Of a stretch of DNA of 39,756 bases, positions 8,889-18,600 are shown one piece after another. Position 1 is the first letter of the stretch. Every line of letters begins with the position of its first letter. The stretch is from a virus (Duplodnaviria; Caudoviricetes). The DNA is taken from the IMG/VR virus record IMGVR_UViG_3300033405_000937, positions 1 through 39,756 of that record. One strand, written 5' to 3'. The position numbers and the translations under genes are program-made. The notes under the pieces are model-generated. The model was not told where the DNA came from. It worked only from the letters and a program-made list of their open reading frames with translations, and made no database searches.

Positions 8889-9347
8889 TTATTTTAGGGA
8901 GATAACCTTGGTTGGACTGTGGACAACCGGGATGCTGGCCACACTCCCCACACTCTGCACAATGAGGTTGCTGGACAGGTGGCTCTTATTAGTCACGAAG
9001 CTGACCGAGTTACCCTCCGTGCTGGCTACCAGATTGGGTGTGCCATTCCCCTGCTTCAGGTAGACATTAGCCGACTTGAACTGGGTGTCGCCTCCGGTCG
9101 GGGTGAATCGTACCGTTACTTTATGCTGGGTAGCGGAGATAGCTTGACGGCTCACCGTGATGTTGGAGACGGGTTGAGGCAGGGAAGCGTGTAGATTCAA
9201 AGCACGGGGAGCTGCCGCCGTGCTGGTTGGCTGACGACTAATCTGCGTTTTCAACTGTTGCAGCAGTTGGTTACTGTTATCGCCGATATGGAAGGGTTCC
9301 GGGGGTCTATCCATCGACCCCGTCTCCCAGATGTTTACTTGTTTCAT
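8889..9347 (-). CDS. Hypothetical virion protein with a beta-rich (FN3/Ig-like) C-terminal domain
   Basis: PQPVSNITVS...VTVRFTP...ANVYLK pattern; GAGGAG SD upstream; located in the tail module. Confidence 0.5.
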   Translation of the reverse strand: MKQVNIWETGSMDRPPEPFHIGDNSNQLLQQLKTQISRQPTSTAAAPRALNLHASLPQPVSNITVSRQAISATQHKVTVRFTPTGGDTQFKSANVYLKQGNGTPNLVASTEGNSVSFVTNKSHLSSNLIVQSVGSVASIPVVHSPTKVISLK

Positions 9348-9362
9348 GTGTCTTCTCCTCGG

Positions 9363-12300
9363 CTATTCTTGGTCGAACTTTATGCACAAGGTCTTAATCG
9401 TGTGCGGTGAGTTTGTACTCGGGAACGCAATCTTAATTTGCAAGTGGTGCATGAACTGGCTGGTCACCGAGTTGCACATGTTAATCGGGTAGCGTAGCTG
9501 CTGCAAGGTGGTCGAAGGCAACGCTCCATACGGCGGCTCCGGGATAATCGCATCCGGGGGAATCGCTATCCACCCTAAGCCAGTGTCCGCAATCTCGTTA
9601 GGTAGTATCGAGATGCTGGGCTGCGCCCCATCGGCGGTATCGAAGTAACCAATGATGTGCTGCACAGGCACCAGTGGCTCACCCGCTTGCGAGACGGTGA
9701 TGGAGCCGATGTTGACATACACCGTGTTGGGATTGGTCGGGTTGGTGTAGGTGCCCCCGTCATCCTGCCAGCTCGACAAGTTCCGAGCCAAGATGTAGCC
9801 GCTGCTGTTGGTCGTTAGCAAGGAGTAAGTTCCGATAGAGGTCTCCACCGAGTTGAGCGCGGTGCAGCCACCCACCGGATAGTAAGGCACTGACCACCCG
9901 CCGACGTTTGGACCGAACCTGAGCATCTGGGTAGTGCCGTTGCACAGGTAGAGTCCAACATCGTTGCCATTGCGGTGGTAGGTGACATAGGAGCTAGGCG
10001 TGGGGAAGTTGTTCGCGATGTAATCAGCTATCCTCAAGCCTTCGTTCTGCTTGGCACCCTCGGACATTGAGTAAATCTGACCTTGGGTGGAAAGGACATA
10101 CAGCTCTTGACCATCTTGGAAGAGACAGTTGGCCGACGACACCCCGAAGTTGGTCATGATGGTGTCGGGGTAGAAGCTCAGAGTCTGGGGTCCGCCTCGG
10201 ACGCAACATACCTTATCAGCAAGGAAGACCAACAAGGTGTTACCCAGTGCGGCCAACGCGGTGATGGTGCTGCTGTACTCAAAGCGGTTGGCGGGAGGCC
10301 ATGACTGATGCGGGTCACCGTTCTGGCAGTCCGCCCCAGCGTCAAAGTACAGATACTGTTGCGCGGCTACCCATTGCCGACCCTGCCAATAAGCGCATAG
10401 GGTCGGTACTACACTGGGAGTGGCGATGCTCCCCTCACCCGGTGGTGGGTCATTTTGGTGGGATAGAGGCGCGACCATCTGCTGGTTGAGGTCGCCATCG
10501 GAGTAAATGTCCACAAAGCTCCATGGATTGTACTGCCCCGGATTAGGCACCGCCCCCGCCAAGTACCACACCCCGCCGCCATCGGCGGTACGGTAGATTT
10601 CAATGGCGCAGAAGGTGGCTATCCCGAAGTCAATCGTCGGACCATAGCTGGTTACTCCCGGTATTGTCAGGTAGCAGGTCAGTGAGGTCGAAGTCGCCTC
10701 CGCAATCTGTAACGTCATCCCGTTGAGGAAGGTAGCATTAGTGCAACTGGAGATGAGGATAGAGTTGCCGGGGAAGAAGTTCTGTGGTGAGGTAGTGAGT
10801 ACCACCTGTGTACCGTAGACAAACACCTCGGCAATGTCGCAGGAGCCACTGCAGCGACTGTCCAAGATACCATGTCCCGAGAAGATGCCTAACACCGGAG
10901 TTACTGTTCCCACATCGTTCGTCAGCCCCACGTTGGCGTGAGTGAAACTCGGTGATGATGCGGTGAACTGTGATATCACAGTGAAGTTTCCAGTGTCGGT
11001 GGCTGCGGTGTAGTTGGCGTGGGTGAACGGAGCCGTGAACTGCGTCGAAGATGACGTCGCCACTGTAATGGTATGTCCGTTCAGCCACGTTGCTGTGGAG
11101 AAGCCGTTCAGCACTAGTTGATTTCCCGGCTGAAAGGTGTTGGTCATGGTTACAGTCAAAATGTTGCTGGTTACCGCAACCGTGAAGCCACCCACGGGCG
11201 CTGGTAAGGTTGCGGTTCCTCCCGAAGCCGTTCCGCTGTAGCTTCCCACCAAACTAATTCCGAATTGGGTGGAGCTGCTAACCGTGTCAACATATCCAGT
11301 GCCCGACCAAACTGAGTTACCCGCAATGGTGACGCTCTGACCAATTGCAATATTGGGGTCAGGGGTGGATAAGGTCACCAAAATACCCGTGAAGCCCATG
11401 GCTGTGGCTGCGGTGAGACTAGCTATCGGAAAGGGGAAAGTACCCATTGACGGTGGCGCTGTTCCCTCTACCACCGCAGGAGGAGTGGATGTCTGCACGG
11501 TTAAAGTCTGACCATTAAGGTAGGTTCCTGTGGTCATGCCTTGGATATAAACTTGCTCCCCCGGTGCGAACGTCTGGTTCCCCGTGAACAACACGGTATT
11601 GCTGCTGATTTGGAATTGAGAAATCTGAGATGGCGTGATGAGTGACCCACCAAGCAACGGACCTGTGTTTGTGGTCGGCTGTGACATGGTGGACAAGTGC
11701 CCATCCATCGTCCGGATACATTCACCCCAGCTATAGCCTGAGGAGGCAACGATATTGCCCGGACCAATCATCTGCCACGTTATCAAACCATCCACCGTTG
11801 TTCCGCCGATGTTTGTCGCCCAAACAGGCTCGGTAGCTCCTGCCGAGATAGGACTTCCAGTCTCGAACCATGTGTAGACGTAAGTGGTGGTACCACCTGA
11901 AACGGTGGAAGAAGTCACCATGCCGTTGGGGGTAACACCCGTGTTCGCAATCTGCGCAGTCCAGTAGGTGCCGTTGTACAGGACAATATTGCCCTGCACA
12001 TAGGCGGTGCTGGAACTCCAAGCTAGGACAGGGGTCGATGACTTAATCATCTGGAGGTTGTTGTTGGAATCCAGAATGACCGATGGAATGGTGTAGACAG
12101 CGTTGGGGTACCACACTCCCACCGTCCCTAGATTCTCCCAGCGTAGGGTGGTGCCATCGGCGGTGGTGGAACCCGCGAGGGTTGACCACACGGGCAGCAA
12201 CTGTCCCGAGGTTCCGTTGGATAAACCTGAGTACTGGATGCAACCGTTGTAATCAAGGAGCACCGACCCAGCGGTGTAAGCGGTGCTGGGGAGCCATCCC

Positions 12301-12797
12301 CCAGTAGCGGAGATGGTCAGCGGGAAGGTTGGGGTGAGTATGCCATTCGGAGCCAAGCCATAGGTCTGGTCGTAACGCTGCGCCTCATAGCCATCGTAGA
12401 AGTAGGTGGTGTTACCCACTTGGTTAACATACCCCTGCGCGGTAGTACCCTTAGGAATCATGGTGGTAATCGAGGTAGGCGTAAAGGAGGCCAGCCTCTG
12501 GTTGCTGTCGAACATGGTCAGGAGGGTGCCGTTGAGGGTACGAGCAGAGTAGAACTGGTTGATAACCTCACCAGTATTCAGCTTCTGGGTACAGTAACGG
12601 CTAAAGCCGGGGCGCTGTTGCCACTCTAAGAGGTCAGTCAGCTCCATGTCAGCTCCGTCGAGGACGGAGTCGTGGAAGGCGATGATATTAACACCGATGC
12701 TCTTGAAGGGCGCGAAGAGCTGGGAACGATAGGTATAAAAACCAGAGCAAAACCAGCTTATTACTAGAGGTTTAGGCGCGGGGGCAGCTTTAGACAT
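9363..12797 (-). CDS. Tail nozzle / tail tubular protein B-like with inserted carbohydrate-binding-like modules
   Basis: Start likely at 12797 (AAGGA SD, MSKAAP). Beta-propeller-like N- and C-terminal parts (YWQGRQWVA, SWPPAN, FGVSSANC, IEIYRTADGG). Central Thr-rich repeats include a CBM5/12-like WSSSTAYVQGNIVLYNGTYWTA. Confidence 0.65.
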   Translation of the reverse strand: MSKAAPAPKPLVISWFCSGFYTYRSQLFAPFKSIGVNIIAFHDSVLDGADMELTDLLEWQQRPGFSRYCTQKLNTGEVINQFYSARTLNGTLLTMFDSNQRLASFTPTSITTMIPKGTTAQGYVNQVGNTTYFYDGYEAQRYDQTYGLAPNGILTPTFPLTISATGGWLPSTAYTAGSVLLDYNGCIQYSGLSNGTSGQLLPVWSTLAGSTTADGTTLRWENLGTVGVWYPNAVYTIPSVILDSNNNLQMIKSSTPVLAWSSSTAYVQGNIVLYNGTYWTAQIANTGVTPNGMVTSSTVSGGTTTYVYTWFETGSPISAGATEPVWATNIGGTTVDGLITWQMIGPGNIVASSGYSWGECIRTMDGHLSTMSQPTTNTGPLLGGSLITPSQISQFQISSNTVLFTGNQTFAPGEQVYIQGMTTGTYLNGQTLTVQTSTPPAVVEGTAPPSMGTFPFPIASLTAATAMGFTGILVTLSTPDPNIAIGQSVTIAGNSVWSGTGYVDTVSSSTQFGISLVGSYSGTASGGTATLPAPVGGFTVAVTSNILTVTMTNTFQPGNQLVLNGFSTATWLNGHTITVATSSSTQFTAPFTHANYTAATDTGNFTVISQFTASSPSFTHANVGLTNDVGTVTPVLGIFSGHGILDSRCSGSCDIAEVFVYGTQVVLTTSPQNFFPGNSILISSCTNATFLNGMTLQIAEATSTSLTCYLTIPGVTSYGPTIDFGIATFCAIEIYRTADGGGVWYLAGAVPNPGQYNPWSFVDIYSDGDLNQQMVAPLSHQNDPPPGEGSIATPSVVPTLCAYWQGRQWVAAQQYLYFDAGADCQNGDPHQSWPPANRFEYSSTITALAALGNTLLVFLADKVCCVRGGPQTLSFYPDTIMTNFGVSSANCLFQDGQELYVLSTQGQIYSMSEGAKQNEGLRIADYIANNFPTPSSYVTYHRNGNDVGLYLCNGTTQMLRFGPNVGGWSVPYYPVGGCTALNSVETSIGTYSLLTTNSSGYILARNLSSWQDDGGTYTNPTNPNTVYVNIGSITVSQAGEPLVPVQHIIGYFDTADGAQPSISILPNEIADTGLGWIAIPPDAIIPEPPYGALPSTTLQQLRYPINMCNSVTSQFMHHLQIKIAFPSTNSPHTIKTLCIKFDQE

Positions 12798-13347
12798 GTG
12801 AGTCCTTTCGTACAAACTGGCCTTGTTCGTCTCTGGTATTCAGACACACATGACCCATTAGGGAGGCGGCTATCCTAGCTTTAGTTTCAGGGGAGTGGGT
12901 GTATCCTTTTCTTCCCTCAACTGACTTAGCGATGCGCTCTGGAGTTTGTTTTATACCCCGGTTGCCGTTACCTGCGGCATACCGTTGCTCTGGGTCGGTG
13001 AATTGAAGTCTCGACCTTTTACTGGCTTTAGCCCGTACTTCGGGTTTTCTTAACCCGGCTGTCATTTTGATTCTCGTCTCGGGGGAGATTTCTCTACGCC
13101 CATCACCACCATCAGTCATGTTTCTAAGACAGCCCGTGCCTAAGTCCTTGCGACCAAAGAAGTCAATGAGGTAAATCTCATAGGCAAAGGCGGTAGCTTG
13201 GTCGGGCATTGGGTAGATGGTGATTCTTGACTTATCCTTCGGAGGGGCACAATGGTGATTGAACTTAGCGAAAGCTCGGCGATTCTTACCCTTACCGACG
13301 TAGTAAGGAGACCCGTCCTCACGGAGCCACATATAGGTGTAGAACAT
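12790..13347 (-). CDS. Free-standing GIY-YIG homing endonuclease with NUMOD3-like repeats
   Basis: FYTY...YYVGKG...RRA, a downstream E and LRNMTDGGDG; NUMOD3-like KGYTHSPETKARIAASLMG. Confidence 0.85.
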   Translation of the reverse strand: MFYTYMWLREDGSPYYVGKGKNRRAFAKFNHHCAPPKDKSRITIYPMPDQATAFAYEIYLIDFFGRKDLGTGCLRNMTDGGDGRREISPETRIKMTAGLRKPEVRAKASKRSRLQFTDPEQRYAAGNGNRGIKQTPERIAKSVEGRKGYTHSPETKARIAASLMGHVCLNTRDEQGQFVRKDSHV

Positions 13348-13354
13348 GAATTGT

Positions 13355-13386
13355 CTCGTTAGTAGAGCGGTTGCTCTACTAACGAG
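13355..13386 (-). promoter_or_regulatory. Perfect 14-bp hairpin covering the RBS of the GIY-YIG gene
   Basis: CTCGTTAGTAGAGC-4 nt-GCTCTACTAACGAG ends 7 nt before the ATG at 13347. Confidence 0.7.
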
Positions 13387-13399
13387 GCGAATAGTCGAT

Positions 13400-13428
13400 A
13401 AAAAACCCCCACAGTTATTGCGGGGGTT
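13400..13428 (-). terminator. Rho-independent terminator
   Basis: Minus strand AACCCCCGCA-ATAAC-TGTGGGGGTT-TTTT after the adaptor gene. Confidence 0.75.
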
Positions 13429-13456
13429 AGAAAGTTACTTTACTTCTCAATTGCCA

Positions 13457-14809
13457 CTATCGCATCAAGCTGAAATCAGGGGCAAAACTGAACCCGCTTT
13501 CTTCTCTGTCCTGACTTTCGAGCGCAGCCATAACGGACGCCATCGCATTCTGCATCTGGGCTTGAGTCTCACCTTCACCAATCCCATACGCCATCCGCAT
13601 GCCCTGCCAGAGACACATTTCAAAAATAACGTAACTTAGCTCGTCCGGCCACGGGAAGATATCACCGGGTTGAAATATCTTAGGCGCTCTCTTCTGGATG
13701 GACATACTGAAGCCCCACGGATAGTTACCCAGCGGCTCAGAGAGACGGAACTTAATCACTCCGTTGTTGTAGTCGCAGACGGGAGCGATTTCAATCTTAT
13801 CCCCGGTGGTGCTGTACTCCTTCGCCCTGCTCTGCACCGCATTAATCGAGTCAATCGGTGGAGGGAAGGACTGCGAGTTGAGGTCGAAGATGCTGGCACT
13901 CTGCAGCCACGAGAAGTTGAAGATACCGGGCGCTCCGGATGGTGCGGCATACACATACCCAAGGTCACCCTCGTTGGTGATGGTCACACCTGAGGGTGTA
14001 GCAAAGGTGATGATACTTGTTGTGGCGGTAAGCACAGTGATTACTTGTCCGTTCAATCCCGAATTGTGCGCGATGGAAGAGAACGTTAAAATATCGCCAG
14101 CACTGAAAGTGTTAGCGCAAGCTACCGTGGTAATACCACCAGACGCGGCGATGTAAGTGATGCTCGCGTATTGAGCGCCCTGAATACCCTGCACCGTGAA
14201 GTTGTAGGGGCTCTGGATGCCCAACAGTTGGTAGCCGCCAGTCCAAGATGCCGTACCCAGCAGGTTGTTGTAAGTATAGGTCGAGTTGAACGCAGGGTTA
14301 CTTAGCCCCGTCAGGTAAATCGGGGGTCCGGTAAGATTGGCCGTCTGGAAGGGATGGGGGTCGATAGTCTGCACCGACATCAGTCCCGTGGAGGGGATGA
14401 TGCTGACTCCCGCTGTGCCTCCGTTAACCGGGCTGTAAGTGAAATTGTTGACCGTGGTAGGAGCTAAGTCCACACCCACGCCGCCGACGCCGAGCCCACT
14501 GGTAGTGGTACTGGCGGATGTCGGTTGGAGCACAAAGCAGGAAGCTCCCGCGAACTTGACGTCCTGCCATCCAGCTTGGGTTACCATAAAGTTACCCGAG
14601 CCCCAAGGCACCGGAGCGTACTCCGCGACGTTAAATTTCCACGGCATGCGGCGGGTGAATAGCATCTGCATGACCCGGTTGGCGATACCTGCCATCGGCT
14701 CTCCGGTGATGCCGCCGACTGCGAAGAAGTTCTGCAGTTTGGTGTGGAGGCGCAGTTGGTCGGCCATCTGCCCCATGGTCGTGCTCATCGTGATAAGTGG
14801 ATTTGCCAT
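13457..14809 (-). CDS. Putative head-tail adaptor (tail tubular A-like) with inserted beta-rich modules
   Basis: Helical N-terminus (ANRVMQMLF...PWKFN) and C-terminus (PWPDELSYVIFE...AMASVMAALE) flank Thr-rich inserts; lies upstream of the nozzle. Confidence 0.55.
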   Translation of the reverse strand: MANPLITMSTTMGQMADQLRLHTKLQNFFAVGGITGEPMAGIANRVMQMLFTRRMPWKFNVAEYAPVPWGSGNFMVTQAGWQDVKFAGASCFVLQPTSASTTTSGLGVGGVGVDLAPTTVNNFTYSPVNGGTAGVSIIPSTGLMSVQTIDPHPFQTANLTGPPIYLTGLSNPAFNSTYTYNNLLGTASWTGGYQLLGIQSPYNFTVQGIQGAQYASITYIAASGGITTVACANTFSAGDILTFSSIAHNSGLNGQVITVLTATTSIITFATPSGVTITNEGDLGYVYAAPSGAPGIFNFSWLQSASIFDLNSQSFPPPIDSINAVQSRAKEYSTTGDKIEIAPVCDYNNGVIKFRLSEPLGNYPWGFSMSIQKRAPKIFQPGDIFPWPDELSYVIFEMCLWQGMRMAYGIGEGETQAQMQNAMASVMAALESQDREESGFSFAPDFSLMR

Positions 14810-14816
14810 AATGTCC

Positions 14817-14981
14817 TTAGCTCGCGGGGGCGATGGTGTTACCCGCCGCCACCCACACTAAATAGGTTTGATAGTCAACGTTAGCCGGGTCAGCCGGGAT
14901 GATAGCCCCATCGGGCAGACGCCGGATGCATGTCATGAGATTGCCAGAGATGTCAACGATTCGTTGGTACGTGTAATCCAT
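14817..14981 (-). CDS. 54-aa tail-fibre-associated protein (not in ORF track)
   Basis: Hand translation MDYTYQRIVDISGNLMTCIRRLPDGAIIPADPANVDYQTYLVWVAAGNTIAPAS. The IPxDPxNxDYQxYLxW..GN motif is typical of small genes following phage fibres. TAATG coupling to the fibre stop. Confidence 0.8.
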   Translation of the reverse strand: MDYTYQRIVDISGNLMTCIRRLPDGAIIPADPANVDYQTYLVWVAAGNTIAPAS

Positions 14982-17782
14982 TAGAACTCCGCTATAAATT
15001 CTTGGTAGCCGCCAGAAGCGCCCGTTTGAATGGTGGCCGGGGCACTGCCTGAGCCTTGTGTGCCCGAGGTGTAATCGACCAGCGCAGTTTTGTTGGTGCA
15101 GTACGAATCAGCGATGGCGGAGATAGTGGCACTCGCGCCGGGAATACCTGCAGACAACGTGACCGGAGCACTTAGCGTCGGGGTGGTTCGCATCTCCACC
15201 GGGAACTGGAAGAACCCACGAGTGTTAGTGGTTGAGGTTTGGTATCCGGTGGCCAAAGCCGAGAGCACGGAAGGTGCTCCATTGCATGGCGTCCTGTAGT
15301 AGTACCGGGCGCATAGGTCATTCTCGATTCCGATTGGCCTACGCTCGAACGGAGTAACCGTTGCACCCGGCTCAAGCTGCACTCCGGTAAAGAAGAAGCT
15401 CGCACCAGAGTTTTGGGCGAATCGCACCACGCTGCCTGTAGAAGAATAGTAGCCACCCGTCTGCCATGAGCCTGTGGTACCCGTCTGGAAGTTAGAGCCT
15501 CCGCCCATGTCAAAATGGATACTAATACCCGCCGTGTTATCGGTAGCCCAAGTCCCTGTGGTGCAACCGGGGATGGCGACAATAACCTGCTGCCAAGAGT
15601 TAGCGGTGAGTGAGTACAACCCAACATAGGACATCGTGGAGCCGTTCAGGGCGACACAGTAGTTTCCCGCCACCGTGGTATAAGCCCAGAACGAAAGCGT
15701 AACCGATTGGGCTGACGAGGTGCCCCAAGCAAGGTCAGCAATATTCTGCCCCTCGATGGTTTGAAGGACTTGAAAGTTATCCGCCGCTGCGGGTGAGGTT
15801 CTCACCGTTCCAACCACAATACGCAAGTCCCATGCAAACCCCGGATTCGAAGATGCGACTTGAGTCGCGGTGAGCACACCGTTACTCGCCGCACCGAACG
15901 AGGCCACATTCCAGCGGTCGGTGGCGTATCCTGATGCGTAATTCAATGTAATGGTTGAAGTCCCATTACGCTGACTGACCCGATGGTCGCCATTGTACAG
16001 GCGGTTCCGGAAGTTATACCCTCCGACCTGCGAGGTGGTAATCAGGTTAGGGGCGGAGACTGTCCCTGTGGTAAAAAATGACGAGGCAGAAAACACACCA
16101 GCATTACTAAGTGAGGCTTGGTAGCCATTGGTCTTGAGGACGACCGCGCCAGAGCTAGTCTGTGACGACACATTGGTGTTGTTTCCATCCGTGTTCAGGA
16201 CTGTTGTCCCGGCTACCTGATAGCCCCCGACGACGGGGGTGGTTATGGCACCTGTGGCAGTGATGGTTCCCACCGAGATGTTGGGGGTTCCGGTTAAATT
16301 GGAGGCCAGTGCGGCAATCCCACTTGTGTTCGCCGCATTAGCCGGGATGTCGCCACTTTGGAGGGCTGGGAGCTGGGCGTGGGGTAACGTCCCGGTGGTA
16401 AGGTCGGACGCGCTTACCGTAACGTTCCCGCTCAACGCATGTCCGTTGACCGTGGTTGTCTGGGGTACGTAGATGCTTGCGATGCTGGTTCCACCAATGG
16501 TGAGGCTACTTGTCGCCAACGATGAAACAGTCACTAAATAAGGAATCGAGACGGATGCTGTGCCGGAGCTGCCTGACTGACTCAAGGTTAATGTGGAGGT
16601 GGGGTTTGTCCCCGTACCTTCGACCACCGTCAATGACCAGTTATCGGGTTCCCCCATCGTCCCAGCCCAATAGGAACCCAAAAGTGCATAGCTGGGTGAG
16701 TTGTAGTTCGTGCCCGAGGTGGCTGTGTTGGGGTTGCCTAGATACAAAGACCCCGCCGCGCCATTAGTGTAGATGTTGGGCGATGGGGATACCGTGGTGC
16801 TGGTTCCAGAGCCATACAACGCGATGGCACCCCCGCCGCCGCTGTTGACCTTCCCTTTAGCATCAGCATAGGCTGTAGTCGCCACCTTAGAGCTGTTATC
16901 CCCTGCTGTCTGTGTGGTAGCAAGAGTGCCATTAGGTAGAGTTGGAGTGCCTGATAAGCCAGCGGCGGTGCCGCCGATGTTTAGACTTGCGGCTGTTCCG
17001 GTCAAGCCTGTGCCCGGTCCGGAGAATTGCCCTCCAGAAACGCTTACAGTACCCGTAAACGATGGGCTCGCATTAGGAGCTAGGAGAGCCTCAGCCGCTT
17101 CAGCTCGGGAGGTTTCAGCAGAGATAGCATTGGCGTTAGTGAGGTCAGCGGCGGCTCTGGTTGCAGCCTCAGTGTTGAGGTTGCTCTGTACTGTCGCTGC
17201 CGCTCCAGCATTATCAAACGTGGTGGTGGCAACATAGGCAGCGGAGCCGAGACTCACATACCCGGTGCCATCCGCTTTTACCACGCTCCCCGAGGGTGCT
17301 CCAAGTATGTCAATCGACGTAAACTCTCCGGTGTTCGGAGTTACGTTACCAATCGGAGGAGGTGAGGAGAAAGACCCCTCAGCCAGTGATGAGAGGGTGG
17401 GGTAGTAGGCCGTCCCTTGGTTGATGGAGGTCATTGTGCCAATGTCCACCGAGCTTCCTGCTATCTCAGTGAAGACCCAATTCATCGGAGCGTTGTTGAG
17501 CCGGGTGCCATTCGAATCATAGAAGTTGACCACATACCATGTGCCTACCGAAGTAATGTTCTGTGGGTTCAGCTCGATGTTGCTCCAGATTTGAGCGGGG
17601 GTAATGATGTCGCAGTTCGAGTCGAAGTAGAACCGCACTGCATTCTTGGTGCCCCCTAAGACCAACCCATAAGGAGCGGCCAGCACAGAGGCATCCATGT
17701 TGAGGTACATTTCCATGTACCCCAGCGGCTGGATAGGTAGGTTGTTGACGGTCTGGATGTGCCCGTTGATAAGACTAATCAT
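14981..17782 (-). CDS. Tail fibre / receptor-binding protein
   Basis: N-terminal anchor shared with 17783..18535; coiled coil (AETSRAEAAE); fibre repeats (TAGDNSSKVATTAY, TTVNGHALSGNV); C-terminal carbohydrate-binding-like domain (RNRLYNGD...DRW...TGVQLEPGATVTPFE...LCARYYY). Confidence 0.85.
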   Translation of the reverse strand: MISLINGHIQTVNNLPIQPLGYMEMYLNMDASVLAAPYGLVLGGTKNAVRFYFDSNCDIITPAQIWSNIELNPQNITSVGTWYVVNFYDSNGTRLNNAPMNWVFTEIAGSSVDIGTMTSINQGTAYYPTLSSLAEGSFSSPPPIGNVTPNTGEFTSIDILGAPSGSVVKADGTGYVSLGSAAYVATTTFDNAGAAATVQSNLNTEAATRAAADLTNANAISAETSRAEAAEALLAPNASPSFTGTVSVSGGQFSGPGTGLTGTAASLNIGGTAAGLSGTPTLPNGTLATTQTAGDNSSKVATTAYADAKGKVNSGGGGAIALYGSGTSTTVSPSPNIYTNGAAGSLYLGNPNTATSGTNYNSPSYALLGSYWAGTMGEPDNWSLTVVEGTGTNPTSTLTLSQSGSSGTASVSIPYLVTVSSLATSSLTIGGTSIASIYVPQTTTVNGHALSGNVTVSASDLTTGTLPHAQLPALQSGDIPANAANTSGIAALASNLTGTPNISVGTITATGAITTPVVGGYQVAGTTVLNTDGNNTNVSSQTSSGAVVLKTNGYQASLSNAGVFSASSFFTTGTVSAPNLITTSQVGGYNFRNRLYNGDHRVSQRNGTSTITLNYASGYATDRWNVASFGAASNGVLTATQVASSNPGFAWDLRIVVGTVRTSPAAADNFQVLQTIEGQNIADLAWGTSSAQSVTLSFWAYTTVAGNYCVALNGSTMSYVGLYSLTANSWQQVIVAIPGCTTGTWATDNTAGISIHFDMGGGSNFQTGTTGSWQTGGYYSSTGSVVRFAQNSGASFFFTGVQLEPGATVTPFERRPIGIENDLCARYYYRTPCNGAPSVLSALATGYQTSTTNTRGFFQFPVEMRTTPTLSAPVTLSAGIPGASATISAIADSYCTNKTALVDYTSGTQGSGSAPATIQTGASGGYQEFIAEF

Positions 17783-18535
17783 TTATTGCTCCAACCGGAT
17801 TGAAACTCCGTAACTGGGCTGCGTAGTGAAACCCGAGCCTGATGTGTAGGCCACAGAGTAAGACACCGTGGTGCCAGCCACGCAAAATATCGCTTTGGTG
17901 GCGCTCAGGGAGTTTGCACCTATCGAGTTGAGCATACTGAGTTGGCTGGTAGTCCAGTAGTTAATTCCTGAAGGGTCTACCCATTCGATGGTTACACACG
18001 CAGTGGCTGCGACAGTTCCGTTCGCACCAGCACCCGACTGGTATAAGTAGACAGAGACGGTCATGGGCTGCTGTAGCGTGGTGGTCATCAGAGTGGTGTT
18101 ATTGATACTGGCTGAGTTGGTGGAGTACACCGAGACAGCAGCGGGGAGAGCCGGGTAATAGATGGTCGCCGCATTGATGGGGGTCATCGTGCCGATGTCT
18201 ACGGAGTTACCCGCCGCCACGTTGAACATCCAGTTCTGGGGGGCGTTATTAAGGCGGGTACCGTTCGAATCGTAGAAGTTCACGATGTACCATGTGCCCA
18301 AGCCGTTGCTGCTCTGGGGGTTCAGTTCCAGATTCGACCAGACCTGCGCGGGGGTTACTAAGTCGCCATTAGAATCAAAGTAAAACCGGACAGCGTTGGT
18401 GTTGCCGCCTAACACAACCCCGTAAGGAGCAGCTATCACCTGCGCGTCAATGTTGAGGTACAACTCGATGTACCCATTGGGGGTGATAGGCACGTTGTTG
18501 GCGGTCTGGATGTGGCCATTGGTTAAGTAAATCAT
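17783..18535 (-). CDS. Short tail spike/fibre with the same N-terminal anchor domain
   Basis: First ~125 aa clearly paralogous to the 933-aa fibre; short beta-sandwich-like C-terminus. Confidence 0.7.
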   Translation of the reverse strand: MIYLTNGHIQTANNVPITPNGYIELYLNIDAQVIAAPYGVVLGGNTNAVRFYFDSNGDLVTPAQVWSNLELNPQSSNGLGTWYIVNFYDSNGTRLNNAPQNWMFNVAAGNSVDIGTMTPINAATIYYPALPAAVSVYSTNSASINNTTLMTTTLQQPMTVSVYLYQSGAGANGTVAATACVTIEWVDPSGINYWTTSQLSMLNSIGANSLSATKAIFCVAGTTVSYSVAYTSGSGFTTQPSYGVSIRLEQ

Positions 18536-18553
18536 GTGCTGTCCTCATCTGGT

Positions 18554-18579
18554 AAAATGGGCTCCCCGAAGAGAGCCCA
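18554..18579 (-). terminator. Rho-independent terminator with UUCG loop
   Basis: Minus strand TGGGCTCTC-TTCG-GGGAGCCCA-TTTT. Confidence 0.8.
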
Positions 18580-18600
18580 CAGGTTAGTTAGGAATCCGAC

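Noticed and set aside
12790-13456. Group I intron housing the GIY-YIG gene
   Set aside because: Both flanking genes appear complete with their own start and stop, the endonuclease overlaps the nozzle start, and there is no room for an intron core.
14981-18535. Diversity-generating retroelement or invertible fibre cassette
   Set aside because: No reverse transcriptase. The duplicated region is N-terminal and differs at synonymous sites rather than only at adenines. No flanking inverted repeats were seen.
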